A DNA stretch of 64,000 nt from Candidatus Polarisedimenticolaceae bacterium (lineage in GTDB: Bacteria; Acidobacteriota; Polarisedimenticolia; Polarisedimenticolales; DASRJG01). Position 1 is the first letter of the stretch. Each line of letters opens with the position of its first letter. Positions 42,121 to 52,264 of this stretch are shown here, in pieces. The stretch lies in assembly GCA_036275915.1 (NCBI GenBank), contig DASUCV010000004.1, positions 662,204 to 726,203 of the forward strand, given 5' to 3'. A program made the position numbers and the translations under genes. The notes under the pieces were generated by a model. It saw only the letters and a program-made list of their open reading frames with translations. It was not told the DNA's origin and searched no databases.

Positions 42121-44415
42121 ATGCGAGTTTCGGCTTTGACGTGGTTCGTCGCCTGTTGCACCGCGCTGTTGTTCGCCTGTCCCAAGGCCCCGCCATCCGG
42201 CACCGCGGCCGCATCGGCGTCCACGTCGGCAGCCGCGCCCGCGGCCCCGACACCGCCGGCACCGCCGGCAGCGCCCGCCGAGCCGTTGCCGCCACCGGAT
42301 GCCGCGACGCTGACGCGCGCGAAGATCCTGCGCGCCGCCGACCGCCGCGTGGTGGACGACGACCTGCGCGCGGCCCTCGGCGACGACGATCCAGCTCTTC
42401 GCGCCGCGGCGGTCCTGGCACTCGGCCAGATCGGGTTGCCGGCCTCCGCAGCGGACGCCGCGCACGCCGCGGCCGATCCGGTGCCGCACGTGCGCGCCGT
42501 CGCCGCCTTCTCCCTGGGACTCATCGCGCAACCGTCGAGCGTCGCCGACCTCACACGGCTCGCCGCCGACTCCGACACCGGCGTGCGCGCGGCCGCGGCG
42601 GAAGCGCTCGGCCGCCTCCACGACGCGTCGAGCACGGCGACGGTCCGCACCCTCCTCGGCGACCCCGCTTCCGACGTCCGCGCCGCCGCCGCGCTCGCCG
42701 CCTGGAAGCTCCCCGATGCGGAGCCGGTCCTGGACCCGCTTCTCACGGCACTGACGTCGGACGACATCGGGTTCCGCCGCAACGCCGCCTACGCGCTCGC
42801 CCGGCTCGCGTCATCGGGGATCGTGCCGGCGTCGTCGGGCGCCGCGGTCGGACACATCACCGACGCCTCCCGGGCACGGATCCGCAAGGAGCTCGGCATT
42901 CACGTCAGCGACCCCGATGCCGAGGTGCGCATGCAGGCCGCACGCGGCCTCTCGTTCCCGCAGACCCCCGAGGAGCTCGCGATCGTCGGGGCCCTCTCCG
43001 GCGACGGCGAGCCGCGGGTCCGCGTCAACGCGGTGCGGGCTCTCGGATTCCCCGGCGTGCCGGTCATGCCGTACCTCAACCGCGCGGCCACCGACAAGGA
43101 CTTCCACGTCTCTCGAGCGGCGCTCGAGTCGTTCGGGAAGGTCGGAGGCGCCCAGGCCGCCGAACGGCTCAACGAGATCGTGATGAAGCTCAACGGGAGC
43201 TGGCTCCGGCAGGCGGCGCTGACCTCCTTGACTCAGGCCGACCCTCGATCGGCGGAGACCATCGTGAAGGGCATGCTCGACAACCCCGATCCGCTCATGC
43301 GCGCCACCGCGGCGGCGATCCTCGTCGGGCATCACGATCCGTGGGCGATTCACGACGTCGCCGCGCTCATGGGCGATCCCGCGCCCCAGGTTGCCGCGGC
43401 GGCGATCCCGCTCATCGCTGCGACCGAGGGACCGCTCAAGAAGCAGATCGCATCGTTCTTCACCGCTCCCGATCCGGTCGTGCGGGCCGCCGCGGCGGAA
43501 GCGGTCGGGACACGCTTCGAGAAGATCGCGAAGGAGCCTCCGCCCGAGGTCAAGCCACCGGCCGAGGTCAAGCCGCCGAAGCCGACGGTGCCGTCGAAGA
43601 CGTCCCTGCCGCCCAAGAGAGAGGTCGCCCCACCCGCACCGCCGAAAGAGAAGGAGCCCGCGGAGACGCGGGCCGACCTCTTCGCCGACCTCGAGACACT
43701 GTGGGGGACTTCGGCGAAGGACTCGATCCCGGACGCGAAGCTCGCGGTCCTCGACGCCGCGGCGAAAGCGGGAAAGGACGACGCCACGCGCGCCGCGCTC
43801 GCCCGCGGCCTCGGCGACCCCGACGTCCTCGTCCGGCGCCGCGCGGCGGAGCGGATCAAGGACGTCTACGGCGAGGACCATACGTCCGACATCGGGCCGT
43901 ACACCGAAAAGCCGCTCGAGGACTACGTCAAGGTCGTGCAGTGGTCGAAGAAGCCGCACGCGGCCGTCTTCACGATGCAGCGGATCGACTCCCTCCCGGG
44001 TCGATTCGTGGTCGCGCTCGACGCCGACGCCGCACCGATGACGGCGTTCAATTTCGCGCAGCTCGCGAACCGCAAGTTCTTCGATGGCCGCATCGTTCAC
44101 CGCGTCGTTCCCAACTTCGTCGTCCAGGACGGCGATCCGCGCGGCGACGGCTTCGGCGGGCCAGGCTATGCGATCCGCGACGAGTGGAACCCCCTCGCCT
44201 ACACGGAGGGTGTCGTCGGAATGGCGTCGGACGGGAAGGACACTGCGGGGAGCCAGTGGTTCGTCACGCTGTCGGCGCAGCCGCACCTCGACGGGCGCTA
44301 CACCTCGTTCGGCCTCGTGACCCAGGGGATGAAGCAGATCGTCGCGCAGATCATGCCGGCGGACGTCGTGGTCTCGGTACGGATCGTCGAGGGGGACGGA
44401 ACCGCGGCACCCTAG
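42121..44415 (+). CDS. Lipoprotein with HEAT repeats and C-terminal cyclophilin-type PPIase
   Basis: Lipobox LFAC, many D...VRAAAA.ALG repeats, HRVVPNFVVQDGDP, GSQWFVT, HLDGRYTSFG. Confidence 0.88.
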   Translation: MRVSALTWFVACCTALLFACPKAPPSGTAAASASTSAAAPAAPTPPAPPAAPAEPLPPPDAATLTRAKILRAADRRVVDDDLRAALGDDDPALRAAAVLALGQIGLPASAADAAHAAADPVPHVRAVAAFSLGLIAQPSSVADLTRLAADSDTGVRAAAAEALGRLHDASSTATVRTLLGDPASDVRAAAALAAWKLPDAEPVLDPLLTALTSDDIGFRRNAAYALARLASSGIVPASSGAAVGHITDASRARIRKELGIHVSDPDAEVRMQAARGLSFPQTPEELAIVGALSGDGEPRVRVNAVRALGFPGVPVMPYLNRAATDKDFHVSRAALESFGKVGGAQAAERLNEIVMKLNGSWLRQAALTSLTQADPRSAETIVKGMLDNPDPLMRATAAAILVGHHDPWAIHDVAALMGDPAPQVAAAAIPLIAATEGPLKKQIASFFTAPDPVVRAAAAEAVGTRFEKIAKEPPPEVKPPAEVKPPKPTVPSKTSLPPKREVAPPAPPKEKEPAETRADLFADLETLWGTSAKDSIPDAKLAVLDAAAKAGKDDATRAALARGLGDPDVLVRRRAAERIKDVYGEDHTSDIGPYTEKPLEDYVKVVQWSKKPHAAVFTMQRIDSLPGRFVVALDADAAPMTAFNFAQLANRKFFDGRIVHRVVPNFVVQDGDPRGDGFGGPGYAIRDEWNPLAYTEGVVGMASDGKDTAGSQWFVTLSAQPHLDGRYTSFGLVTQGMKQIVAQIMPADVVVSVRIVEGDGTAAP

Positions 44416-45485
44416 GAGTGCGACGCGCGGGCGGCCTCGGCTTCCTCGATGGCGTCGCGGTGCACGCGATTCCTGATCTCGAGCCAGACCGCCTCGTCGA
44501 TCGAGAGGAACGCCGACGCGACCTCGGGGTCGAACTGCGTGCCGGAGAACTTTCGGATCTCGTCGCGCGCGGCCTGGATCGACAGCGCCGCACGGTACGG
44601 CCGGTCGGAGGTCATCGCGTCGAAGGTGTCGACGGCGGCGAAGATCCGCGCTCCGAGCGGGATCGCGTCCCCGCGAAGACTCCTCGGGTAGCCCGTGCCG
44701 TCGAAGCGCTCCTGGTGGCAGTGGACGATGTCGAGAGCCGGGGCGAGGAAGCGGATGTGCTTGAGCATCCGGTAGCCCATCTCGGGATGGCGCTTCATCT
44801 CCTCCCACTCCGCCGCGTCGAGCTTCCCCGGCTTCAGCAGGATGGCGTCCGAGACGCCGATCTTCCCGACGTCGTGCAGGATCGCGCCGCGGCGGATCCA
44901 GGTCAGCTCGGGCTCGCCGACCCCCATCGTGCGCGCGACGATCACCGCGTACTCGACGACGCGCCGTGAGTGGCCCATCGTCTCGTTGTCCCGGAAGTCG
45001 AGGGCGGTGATCATCGCTTCGAGGGTGCTCTCGTACGATTCCTCGAGCTCGCGCGTCCGCTCCTCGACCTTGCGCTCGAGGGTCTGCTGGTACTCGCGGT
45101 TCTCCTTGATGAGGCGACGCTTCTCGAGCGTGCGCTCGACGACGATCTGCACCTCCTCGAGGTTGAACGGTTTTCCGACGTAGTCGGCGGCGCCCTGCCG
45201 GATCGCGCCGATCGCGACGTCGAGGTCGACGACGCCCGTCACCATGACGACGTCGACGTCGGGGTCCCGCTCCTTGATGCGCTTCAGGAGGGAGAGGCCG
45301 CTTTCGCCCGGCATGTCGATGTCCGAGAGGACGAGGTCGACGCCGCCTGCGCGCACGAGCTCGAAAGCCTCGCCCGCGGAGCCGGCCTGCCGGACCTCGT
45401 AGCCGAACGACGTCAGCCCCTCCGCGAGCACGTCGCGGATCGAAGGCTCGTCGTCGGTGACGACGATGTGGGCGGGCCGGGTCAC
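44412..45485 (-). CDS. Response regulator with HD-GYP (c-di-GMP phosphodiesterase) domain
   Basis: REC (SDIDMPG), HSRRV, LHDVGKIG, HQERFDGTGYP, DAMTSDRPYR. GTG 45485. Confidence 0.93.
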   Translation of the reverse strand: MTRPAHIVVTDDEPSIRDVLAEGLTSFGYEVRQAGSAGEAFELVRAGGVDLVLSDIDMPGESGLSLLKRIKERDPDVDVVMVTGVVDLDVAIGAIRQGAADYVGKPFNLEEVQIVVERTLEKRRLIKENREYQQTLERKVEERTRELEESYESTLEAMITALDFRDNETMGHSRRVVEYAVIVARTMGVGEPELTWIRRGAILHDVGKIGVSDAILLKPGKLDAAEWEEMKRHPEMGYRMLKHIRFLAPALDIVHCHQERFDGTGYPRSLRGDAIPLGARIFAAVDTFDAMTSDRPYRAALSIQAARDEIRKFSGTQFDPEVASAFLSIDEAVWLEIRNRVHRDAIEEAEAARASHS

Positions 45486-45525
45486 GGCGCGTAGTGTAAG
45501 TATTGAAGGGGAGCCGGGCAACCGC

Positions 45526-48471
45526 TCAGGTGACCTCGCGCCAGTCCCCTCCGGTCTTCTGATCGACCGCGAGCGGGACCCGCAGCGGGTGGACGTTCTC
45601 CATGGCCTCGCGCACGAGGGCCCGGGCCGTGTCGATCTCGTCCTCGGGCACCTCGAGCAGGAGCTCGTCGTGCACCTGGAGGAGCATGCGGGACCGGAGC
45701 CCGTTCTCGGCGAGCGCGCGGTCGACCCGCTGCATCGCCAGCTTCATGAGATCCGCCGCGGTCCCTTGGATCGTCGTGTTGACCGCCGCCCGAAGGGCCT
45801 GCTCGACCTCGCCGCGGTGGCCGCGGTTCCGGAGCGCCGGAAACGCCCGGAGACGCCCGAACAGTGTCCGGACCTGGCCCTCGCGCATCGCCTCGGTGCG
45901 GACCCCCTCGATGTACGCCTTGATGTTCTTGAAGCGGTCGAAGTAGGCCGCGATGAAGGCGCGCGCCTCGGGGCGCGTCATCCCCTGGTCGCGCGCGAGA
46001 CGGGTCTCGGACATTCCATAGAGGATCCCGAAGTTGACCGCCTTGGCGCGCCGGCGCATGTCGTCGGTGACGGCGTCGGGCGCGACGCCGAACACCTTCG
46101 CCGCGGTGACGCGGTGGATGTCCTCCCCGGCCTGGAACGCGGCGGTGAGCCCCTCGTCCCCGCAGAGGTGGGCGAGGACGCGCAGCTCGACCTGAGAGTA
46201 GTCCGAAGCCAGGAACGTCCAGCCCGGCTCGGGGACGAACGCCGACCGGATCCGGAGACCGACCGGCGAGCGCGCCGGGATGTTCTGCAGGTTCGGATCG
46301 GACGACGACAGGCGCCCGGTCGCCGCTCCGGTCGGGTGGTACGACGTGTGGACGCGGCCGGTCTCGCGGTTGACGAGGCCCGGAAGGGTATCGACGTAGG
46401 TGCCCTTCAGCTTCGACAGCTCGCGGTACGCGAGGAGGCGCCGGGCGATCTCGTGCTCCTCGGCGAGCGCTTCCAGGGTCGACGCGTCCGTCGAGAACTC
46501 TCCGCTCTTCGCTGTCTTCTTGCCGGTCGCGAGCCCCAGGGAGCCGAACAGCACCTCGCGGAGCTGCTTGGGCGAGTCGACGTTGAACGGTCGGCCGGCG
46601 AGAGCGTGGATGCCGCGGCGCTCCTGGTCGAGCGCGACGTCCATCTCGCGGGACAGGGAGCGCAGCGCCTCGACGTCGATGCGGATCCCCGCTGCCTCCA
46701 TCCGGATGAGGATCGGGAGGATCGGCCCGTCGATCGCCTTCCAGACCTCCTCGACGCCGGCCGACACGAGCTTGGGCGCAAGCACGTCGGCGAGACGCCG
46801 CGTGACGTCGGCGTCCTCGGCGGCGTACTGCGCGACGTGCTCGACCGAAACCTGGTCGAGCGTGATCTGCTTGGCCCCCGTGCCGACGAGCGACGTGTAC
46901 TTGATCGTCTCGTGGCCGAGGTAGTACGCGGCGAGCGCATCCATGTTGAACGTTTGCCGGTCGGGCTCGAGGAGGAACGCCGCGACCATCGTATCGAGCA
47001 CCCACCCTGCGACCTGCATCCCGTGGCGGCGTAGGACATGGCTGTCGTACTTGAGGTTCTGCCCCACCTTCTGGATCGACGGATCCGCGAGCAGCGGTGC
47101 GAGACGCAGTCGCACGTCGTCGAGGTCGAGCTGGTCGGGCACGCCGAGATAGGCGTGCCCGATCGGAATGTAGACCCCCTGGCGCGGTGCCCACGACAGC
47201 GACATCCCGACGAGCTTCGCCTGCATCGGATCGGTCGAGTTCGTCTCGGTGTCGACCGCGATCCGGCCAGCCGCGCGGCACGCGGCGACCGCGCGATCGA
47301 GATCGGCGAGGGTCATGATCGCGGTGTAGTCGGCCGCTCCCTCCGCGGCAGCGACCACCGCCGCTTCGACGGCTGCTTTCGGCGCGACATCGGAGAACTC
47401 CGCGGTGAGCGACCGGAACCCGAGCGTCTTGAACAGCGTCGCGAGATGCTCACGGTCGGGGGCGCCGACGCGCATCGTCTCCGGATCGAAGCTCACCGGA
47501 ACGTTCCGATCGACGGTCGCCAGCTCGCGCGAGAGGAGCGCCTGCGGGGCGTTCTCCGAGATCGCCTGCCACGTCCGCCGCTGCGAGCCCTTGTCGAGAT
47601 CCTTCAAGACCTTGACGAGCACCTTGCGGTCCTTGCCGGTGAGCTCCCCCGGAAACGACGCACGCTCGATCGCTTCACGCAGGCGCTTCGGGAGATCCGG
47701 ATCGCGGTCGATCTCGAGGAGCGCCTTCGCAGCGTCGACGAAAGCGCCGCGCGGCGCATCGAGGGGGACCCCCTCGGCTTCGAGCGCCAGGAGCAGCGTG
47801 TCCCTCGCCGCGAACGCCGCAACGAACCGCTTCGCTCGCTCGAGGATCGCCTCCATGCCGCCGTGCGCTGCGATCAGGGAGAGCGCCGTCTTCTCCCCGA
47901 CGCCGGGAACGCCGGGGATGTTGTCGACGGCGTCCCCCATCAGGCCCAGCACGTCGATCACGCGATCCGGCGGCGCGCCGAACTGCGCCGCCACGCCCGC
48001 CGCGTCGAGCCTCAGGTCCTTCGACGGGTTGAGCACCGTGATCCCGTCGCCGACGAGCTGGAGCAGGTCCTTGTCGGACGCCACGACGACGACCGGAAAC
48101 CCAGCCTCGCTCGCGAGCCGAGCGTAGGTCGCGATGAGGTCGTCGGCCTCGTACCCCGGAAGCTCGAGCGCCGGGATGCGGAAGCCGTTGCAGACCTCCT
48201 TCGCGTAGTCGAACTGCGGCAGGAGATCGGCGGGGAGCGGCGGCCTCTGCGCCTTGTAGTCGGCAAAGCGATCGTGCCGGAAGGTCGGCCCCTCGAGATC
48301 CCACGCGACGCCGACGAACGCCGGCCTCTCTTCGTTGAGCAGCTTTCGCAGCATCGACGTGAAGCCGAAGACCGCGTTCGTCGGCAGCCCCTCGGCGTTC
48401 GAGAGGTTCCGGATGGCGAAGAACGCGCGGAAGAGCTGCGACGTCCCGTCGATGAGATAGACCGTGTCCAC
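45526..48471 (-). CDS. polA: DNA polymerase I
   Basis: 5'-exo (EADD, SDKDL, GDAVDNIPG), 3'-exo (DTET, NLKYD, YAAED), polymerase motifs DYSQVELR, KAVNFGILYG, QVHDE. Confidence 0.98.
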   Translation of the reverse strand: MDTVYLIDGTSQLFRAFFAIRNLSNAEGLPTNAVFGFTSMLRKLLNEERPAFVGVAWDLEGPTFRHDRFADYKAQRPPLPADLLPQFDYAKEVCNGFRIPALELPGYEADDLIATYARLASEAGFPVVVVASDKDLLQLVGDGITVLNPSKDLRLDAAGVAAQFGAPPDRVIDVLGLMGDAVDNIPGVPGVGEKTALSLIAAHGGMEAILERAKRFVAAFAARDTLLLALEAEGVPLDAPRGAFVDAAKALLEIDRDPDLPKRLREAIERASFPGELTGKDRKVLVKVLKDLDKGSQRRTWQAISENAPQALLSRELATVDRNVPVSFDPETMRVGAPDREHLATLFKTLGFRSLTAEFSDVAPKAAVEAAVVAAAEGAADYTAIMTLADLDRAVAACRAAGRIAVDTETNSTDPMQAKLVGMSLSWAPRQGVYIPIGHAYLGVPDQLDLDDVRLRLAPLLADPSIQKVGQNLKYDSHVLRRHGMQVAGWVLDTMVAAFLLEPDRQTFNMDALAAYYLGHETIKYTSLVGTGAKQITLDQVSVEHVAQYAAEDADVTRRLADVLAPKLVSAGVEEVWKAIDGPILPILIRMEAAGIRIDVEALRSLSREMDVALDQERRGIHALAGRPFNVDSPKQLREVLFGSLGLATGKKTAKSGEFSTDASTLEALAEEHEIARRLLAYRELSKLKGTYVDTLPGLVNRETGRVHTSYHPTGAATGRLSSSDPNLQNIPARSPVGLRIRSAFVPEPGWTFLASDYSQVELRVLAHLCGDEGLTAAFQAGEDIHRVTAAKVFGVAPDAVTDDMRRRAKAVNFGILYGMSETRLARDQGMTRPEARAFIAAYFDRFKNIKAYIEGVRTEAMREGQVRTLFGRLRAFPALRNRGHRGEVEQALRAAVNTTIQGTAADLMKLAMQRVDRALAENGLRSRMLLQVHDELLLEVPEDEIDTARALVREAMENVHPLRVPLAVDQKTGGDWREVT

Positions 48472-48483
48472 GGACCGGACAGT

Positions 48484-50484
48484 CTAGCGGAGGTCAGCCT
48501 CCGACCCGAGGACGAAGCGCTTGACGCCCGGGTGGTCGATGTCTTCGAAGGCGAGAAACCCGGGCCCGATCCGGGCAAGGGTTCTCTCACTCGCCCAAGT
48601 GGTTGTGCACTCCTCGGCCTCACTGCACGCCGGATTGATGGAGAACCACTTTCCTTCCGCCACCCTCAGAATGCCGTGTTCGGGGACGGTCCCTTCAGGA
48701 TCGCCCGGATCGAGCGCCTTGCCGTGCCCGGGGGCCAGCTCGTGAGCGCTGAGATAGACGGCCTCGCCGAGAGGTGACACCTGAATGCGCACAGCCGCGT
48801 TGCGCCAAGCTCGGAGCGTGACGATCTTTCCATCGCTCCCCATCGATCGGAGACGTACGCGACTGCCCCCCGCACCCTCGTTCTCCAGCCAAACCAGGCG
48901 GTCTCCCGAAAGCCACTGCTCATCGTTCACCGATGAATCGACGACCCGGACCGATCCGGTCGCTAGGTCCGTCACGGCGATTCCACTTCGATCGGAGTGA
49001 AGATCCACCGTGGTCGCGGTGGTTCCGAGCTTCCCGCTGGGAGACAGCCCAGCCAACCAGCTCGCGAACTCGATCGGCTTTCCTGACGCATCGCTGATCG
49101 GTTCCCCGATTCGACGGAGGCCGGCCTCGATCGGGCGCAGGTGGTAACCGCGAATTCTTCGAACGCCCCCCGCATCGATGAGGTCGCCGCTCGTGCGCAG
49201 GAACAACCGGCCATCGTGCCGCGGCGCCGTGAAGGCCGCCCATTCGGATTGGACCAAGCCGAGTGACCGCCAGGAGTCATTGCTCAAGGGATTCGCCGCC
49301 AGGACCTCATAGGTGTGGCCGTTCGGCGTCGTGTTACGGGTGATGAGGACCACTACAGCCCGATCGACCCAGCCGACCGCCATCACGGGCTCGTCGCCCG
49401 GAGTGCCGATGGAACGTTCGAGCCGTCCCGTCGAAGCCTGTCGCAGCTCGATCCTATCGCGCTTCGTCTCTCCTCCGAGCGGTGCGGACCAGGTGAGAAT
49501 CGCGACGAGGTCTCCTTCGGGTTGGAACGCGACGTCACGGAATGGAGGCGGCACGAACCCCGTTTTTCGCGAGGACGCGAGATCGACGAGCCATCCGCCG
49601 CCGCCGCCGTACTCTGACGACGAGCCGACGAACGCAGATCGTCCTTGTCGATCGAGCTCGATGGCATGCCAACCCCGAGCCGCTCGCGCCCTTACTGAGA
49701 CCGGCGCGACAACGACGAAGAGACCACCGATCAAGGCCAATGTTGATCCCGTCGTGAGGAGGCCGCGCTTTACCCGACCTCGTCCTGCCGGCTCTCCTCG
49801 GCAAGAGGCCGTCCACGAGGCGACGACGTAGGCCGGCAGAAGCAGCACGGGCAACACGAGGCCCAGAGGGACGGGGCCGATCGTCGCGTGGGGAAACCCC
49901 GCGATGAGTTGAGCCGCGAGGAGTGCCGGCAGTGCGCCGAGAACGGCCCCGCCGAGGACCGCGGCCATCGGCGAGGCGATGAGAGATGCCGCGATCAATC
50001 CACCGAGCATCGCGAGCGCGGCAACCGCGGGACCGGCGAGAATCGATTGGGTCCAGCGCTCCCAACCTTGGGACGGCGCGGCGGACACTTTGGCGATGAG
50101 AGAACCTAGACCCGCGGTCACAACGATGACGAAGACAAGGTTCACGGCCGCGGAGGCGATCCTTGCGCGCCACACGCTCGAGCGGGTGATCGGACGCTCG
50201 AGGAGGAACGACTCGGTCCCGGCGCTGCGGTCGCCGGCGATTGCCTGGGCCGCGCTCATAAGAGCGATGAGCGGCCACAGTGCGATGGCCATGGCGGTTG
50301 GAACGATTTCATAGAGCACATCGGCGGGTTGGTACCGGTCGATGCTCCCCGTCGGCAGCACGCCGCGCTTCGCCATCTCCGCGCCGGCGAGGAACGCAAG
50401 GGGTAACAAGACGCCGATCGCGATCCCACCCCAGCGCACCAGCGCGAGCTGACGCCATTCCTTCCAGAAGAGCGCTCTAAACAT
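48484..50484 (-). CDS. ABC-2-like membrane subunit with a large extracytoplasmic, possibly beta-propeller, domain
   Basis: MFRALFWKEWRQ, DRSAGTESFLLERPITRSSVW, several TMs, then a beta-rich domain. Overlaps the ABC ATPase gene. Confidence 0.75.
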   Translation of the reverse strand: MFRALFWKEWRQLALVRWGGIAIGVLLPLAFLAGAEMAKRGVLPTGSIDRYQPADVLYEIVPTAMAIALWPLIALMSAAQAIAGDRSAGTESFLLERPITRSSVWRARIASAAVNLVFVIVVTAGLGSLIAKVSAAPSQGWERWTQSILAGPAVAALAMLGGLIAASLIASPMAAVLGGAVLGALPALLAAQLIAGFPHATIGPVPLGLVLPVLLLPAYVVASWTASCRGEPAGRGRVKRGLLTTGSTLALIGGLFVVVAPVSVRARAARGWHAIELDRQGRSAFVGSSSEYGGGGGWLVDLASSRKTGFVPPPFRDVAFQPEGDLVAILTWSAPLGGETKRDRIELRQASTGRLERSIGTPGDEPVMAVGWVDRAVVVLITRNTTPNGHTYEVLAANPLSNDSWRSLGLVQSEWAAFTAPRHDGRLFLRTSGDLIDAGGVRRIRGYHLRPIEAGLRRIGEPISDASGKPIEFASWLAGLSPSGKLGTTATTVDLHSDRSGIAVTDLATGSVRVVDSSVNDEQWLSGDRLVWLENEGAGGSRVRLRSMGSDGKIVTLRAWRNAAVRIQVSPLGEAVYLSAHELAPGHGKALDPGDPEGTVPEHGILRVAEGKWFSINPACSEAEECTTTWASERTLARIGPGFLAFEDIDHPGVKRFVLGSEADLR

Positions 50485-51382
50485 GGGCGGCCTCCGGCGC
50501 GCGCTCGCCGCGCAGGAGCGCGACGAGGATTTCTTCGAGAGGAAGGGGCTCGACGGTGATGTCGCGCGCGCCGAGCCTTCGTAATGAGGCTTCCAGCTCC
50601 CCGTCGGTCGCCTCCGCGGTCACGGTGAGAACGCGCCCGTCGGCCTGGACGTCGAGCCATCCGCCTTGCGTGGTCCGCGGCGCGTCGTCGTCAAAGACGG
50701 CGCGGGCGCGCTTGATCCCGGCTTTCAGCGTCTCGAGCTCGCCCGCGAGCCGGATCTTTCCGCCGTCGAGGACGACGATGCGATCGGCGACGCGCTCGAC
50801 GTCGTGGACGAGATGCGAGGCGTAGATGACGGAGCCGCCGGCGTCGGCGACCGACTGAAGGATGTTGTCGAGAACTTCGCGGCGGACGAGCGGATCGAGT
50901 CCCGCCGTCGGATCGTCGAGGAGAAGCAGCTCAGGCCGAGCCGCGACGGCGAGAAGAAGCGCGACCTTCGCGCGCGTTCCACGTGAAAGGGTCTTGATCT
51001 TCTTCGTGGGATCGAGGTCGAGATCATTCGACAACCGTGAGGCGATCGAAGGATCCCAGCGCGGATGGAGGCGCGACGCGAACGCGACGATCTCGGCGAT
51101 CGTCATCCACGGATAGAGCGCGGACTCTTCTGAGAGAAGCGCGGCACGCGTTCTCACTTCCAGACCTTGCGTGACCGGGTCGAGCCCGAGCGTTCGAACG
51201 CGGCCGGTGTCGGGCCAGAGCGTGCCGAGGGCGAGGCGGAGCGCCGTCGTCTTGCCGGCGCCGTTCCTTCCGATGAGGCCGAGGACGGCGCCGGGCGGCA
51301 CGTCGAAGACGACGCCGTCGAGCGCCGTGGTCTTGCCGAAGCGGCGCGTGACCTTCTCGAAGACGACGGCCGGGTCGCTCAT
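50477..51382 (-). CDS. ABC transporter ATP-binding protein (YtrB-like)
   Basis: [30 protein letters not shown]. Confidence 0.92.
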   Translation of the reverse strand: MSDPAVVFEKVTRRFGKTTALDGVVFDVPPGAVLGLIGRNGAGKTTALRLALGTLWPDTGRVRTLGLDPVTQGLEVRTRAALLSEESALYPWMTIAEIVAFASRLHPRWDPSIASRLSNDLDLDPTKKIKTLSRGTRAKVALLLAVAARPELLLLDDPTAGLDPLVRREVLDNILQSVADAGGSVIYASHLVHDVERVADRIVVLDGGKIRLAGELETLKAGIKRARAVFDDDAPRTTQGGWLDVQADGRVLTVTAEATDGELEASLRRLGARDITVEPLPLEEILVALLRGERAPEAAHV

Positions 51383-51789
51383 GCGGACTCCTTCCCCGCC
51401 TCTCGTCGCGAGCGGGCGAAGTGCTCGATCTTCCGATGGAGACGCCAGCCGAGCTCCTCGTCGGGAATGCCGAGCGCGTGGGCCTCGACGAGGAGCGTGT
51501 CGAGCGCGGCGTCGATCGCGGCGTCACGCTCCTTCTTGCCCATCGACGGCGCGCCGTCGGCGATGAACGTCCCCTGCCCCACGCGCGTCCTCACCACGCC
51601 GTCCCGCTCGAGCTCGGCGATCGCACGTGCCGCGGTGTTCCGGTTGACGCGCGCCCGCGTCCCGAGCTCGCGCACGGTGAGGAAGCGGTCGCCGGGCTTG
51701 AGGGCGCCCAGGGCGACGAGACGCCTCACCTGCTCCACGATCTGCAGGTAGAGCGGAACGGGACTCTGGGGGTCGAGGTCGGGAATCAT
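51379..51789 (-). CDS. GntR-family (YtrA subfamily) transcriptional regulator
   Basis: PVPLYLQIVEQ, GALKPGD...VRELG, VN.NT.ARA, GQGTFI, short C-terminal helix. Confidence 0.92.
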   Translation of the reverse strand: MIPDLDPQSPVPLYLQIVEQVRRLVALGALKPGDRFLTVRELGTRARVNRNTAARAIAELERDGVVRTRVGQGTFIADGAPSMGKKERDAAIDAALDTLLVEAHALGIPDEELGWRLHRKIEHFARSRREAGKESA

Positions 51790-51801
51790 GCGCGTGGCGC
51801 C

Positions 51802-52206
51802 TCAGCGATACGCCCAGGAACGATCCATCTTGCCGGACGTGAGGACCGCGTCTTCGGTGAACGCGTCGAGCTTTGCAGGGCGGGACCAGCTTGCCGGATC
51901 GGCGACGCCGTCGGCGCCGGTGCTGACGATCGTGTAGGCCTGACCGTCCTTGCAGGTGTAGAGGAAGTCGTGGCCCCACGCGTCGCGCGTCGGCGCTTTG
52001 CTCACGTAGATCGGTTCGATCGTGGCGACGATCGCGGCGAGCGAGCTGCCGACCGGGTAGGTCTTGTGGTCGACCGCGTAGGCCTCGATCGCGGTGGCGA
52101 GAGTGCGCATGTCGTCCATCGTCCATCGGGCGCGCTCGGCATCGGTTGGAATGGATGGTTGCGGGACTGCCGCCAGAAGAAGGCCGAGGATCAGGGCAGC
52201 TTTCAT
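51802..52206 (-). CDS. Exported GspG/pseudopilin C-terminal-domain-like protein
   Basis: Signal-peptide-like N-terminus; DMRTLATAIEAYAVDH..YP, DAWGHDFLY, YTIVSTGADG. Confidence 0.75.
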   Translation of the reverse strand: MKAALILGLLLAAVPQPSIPTDAERARWTMDDMRTLATAIEAYAVDHKTYPVGSSLAAIVATIEPIYVSKAPTRDAWGHDFLYTCKDGQAYTIVSTGADGVADPASWSRPAKLDAFTEDAVLTSGKMDRSWAYR

Positions 52207-52218
52207 GACCGGCTCCCT

Positions 52219-52244
52219 TATTGTCCTAATGTCCTAGGACAATA
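52219..52244. promoter_or_regulatory. Putative YtrA-type GntR operator overlapping the operon promoter
   Basis: Perfect IR TATTGTCCTA-N6-TAGGACAATA. Overlaps minus-strand -10 TATATT (52241-46); -35 TTGACC at 52263-68. Confidence 0.8.
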
Positions 52245-52264
52245 TACAAGCCTTTTGCAGCCGG

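Noticed and set aside
47590..47830. Pol I insertion as an intein
   Set aside because: Too short and lacks splice-junction residues.
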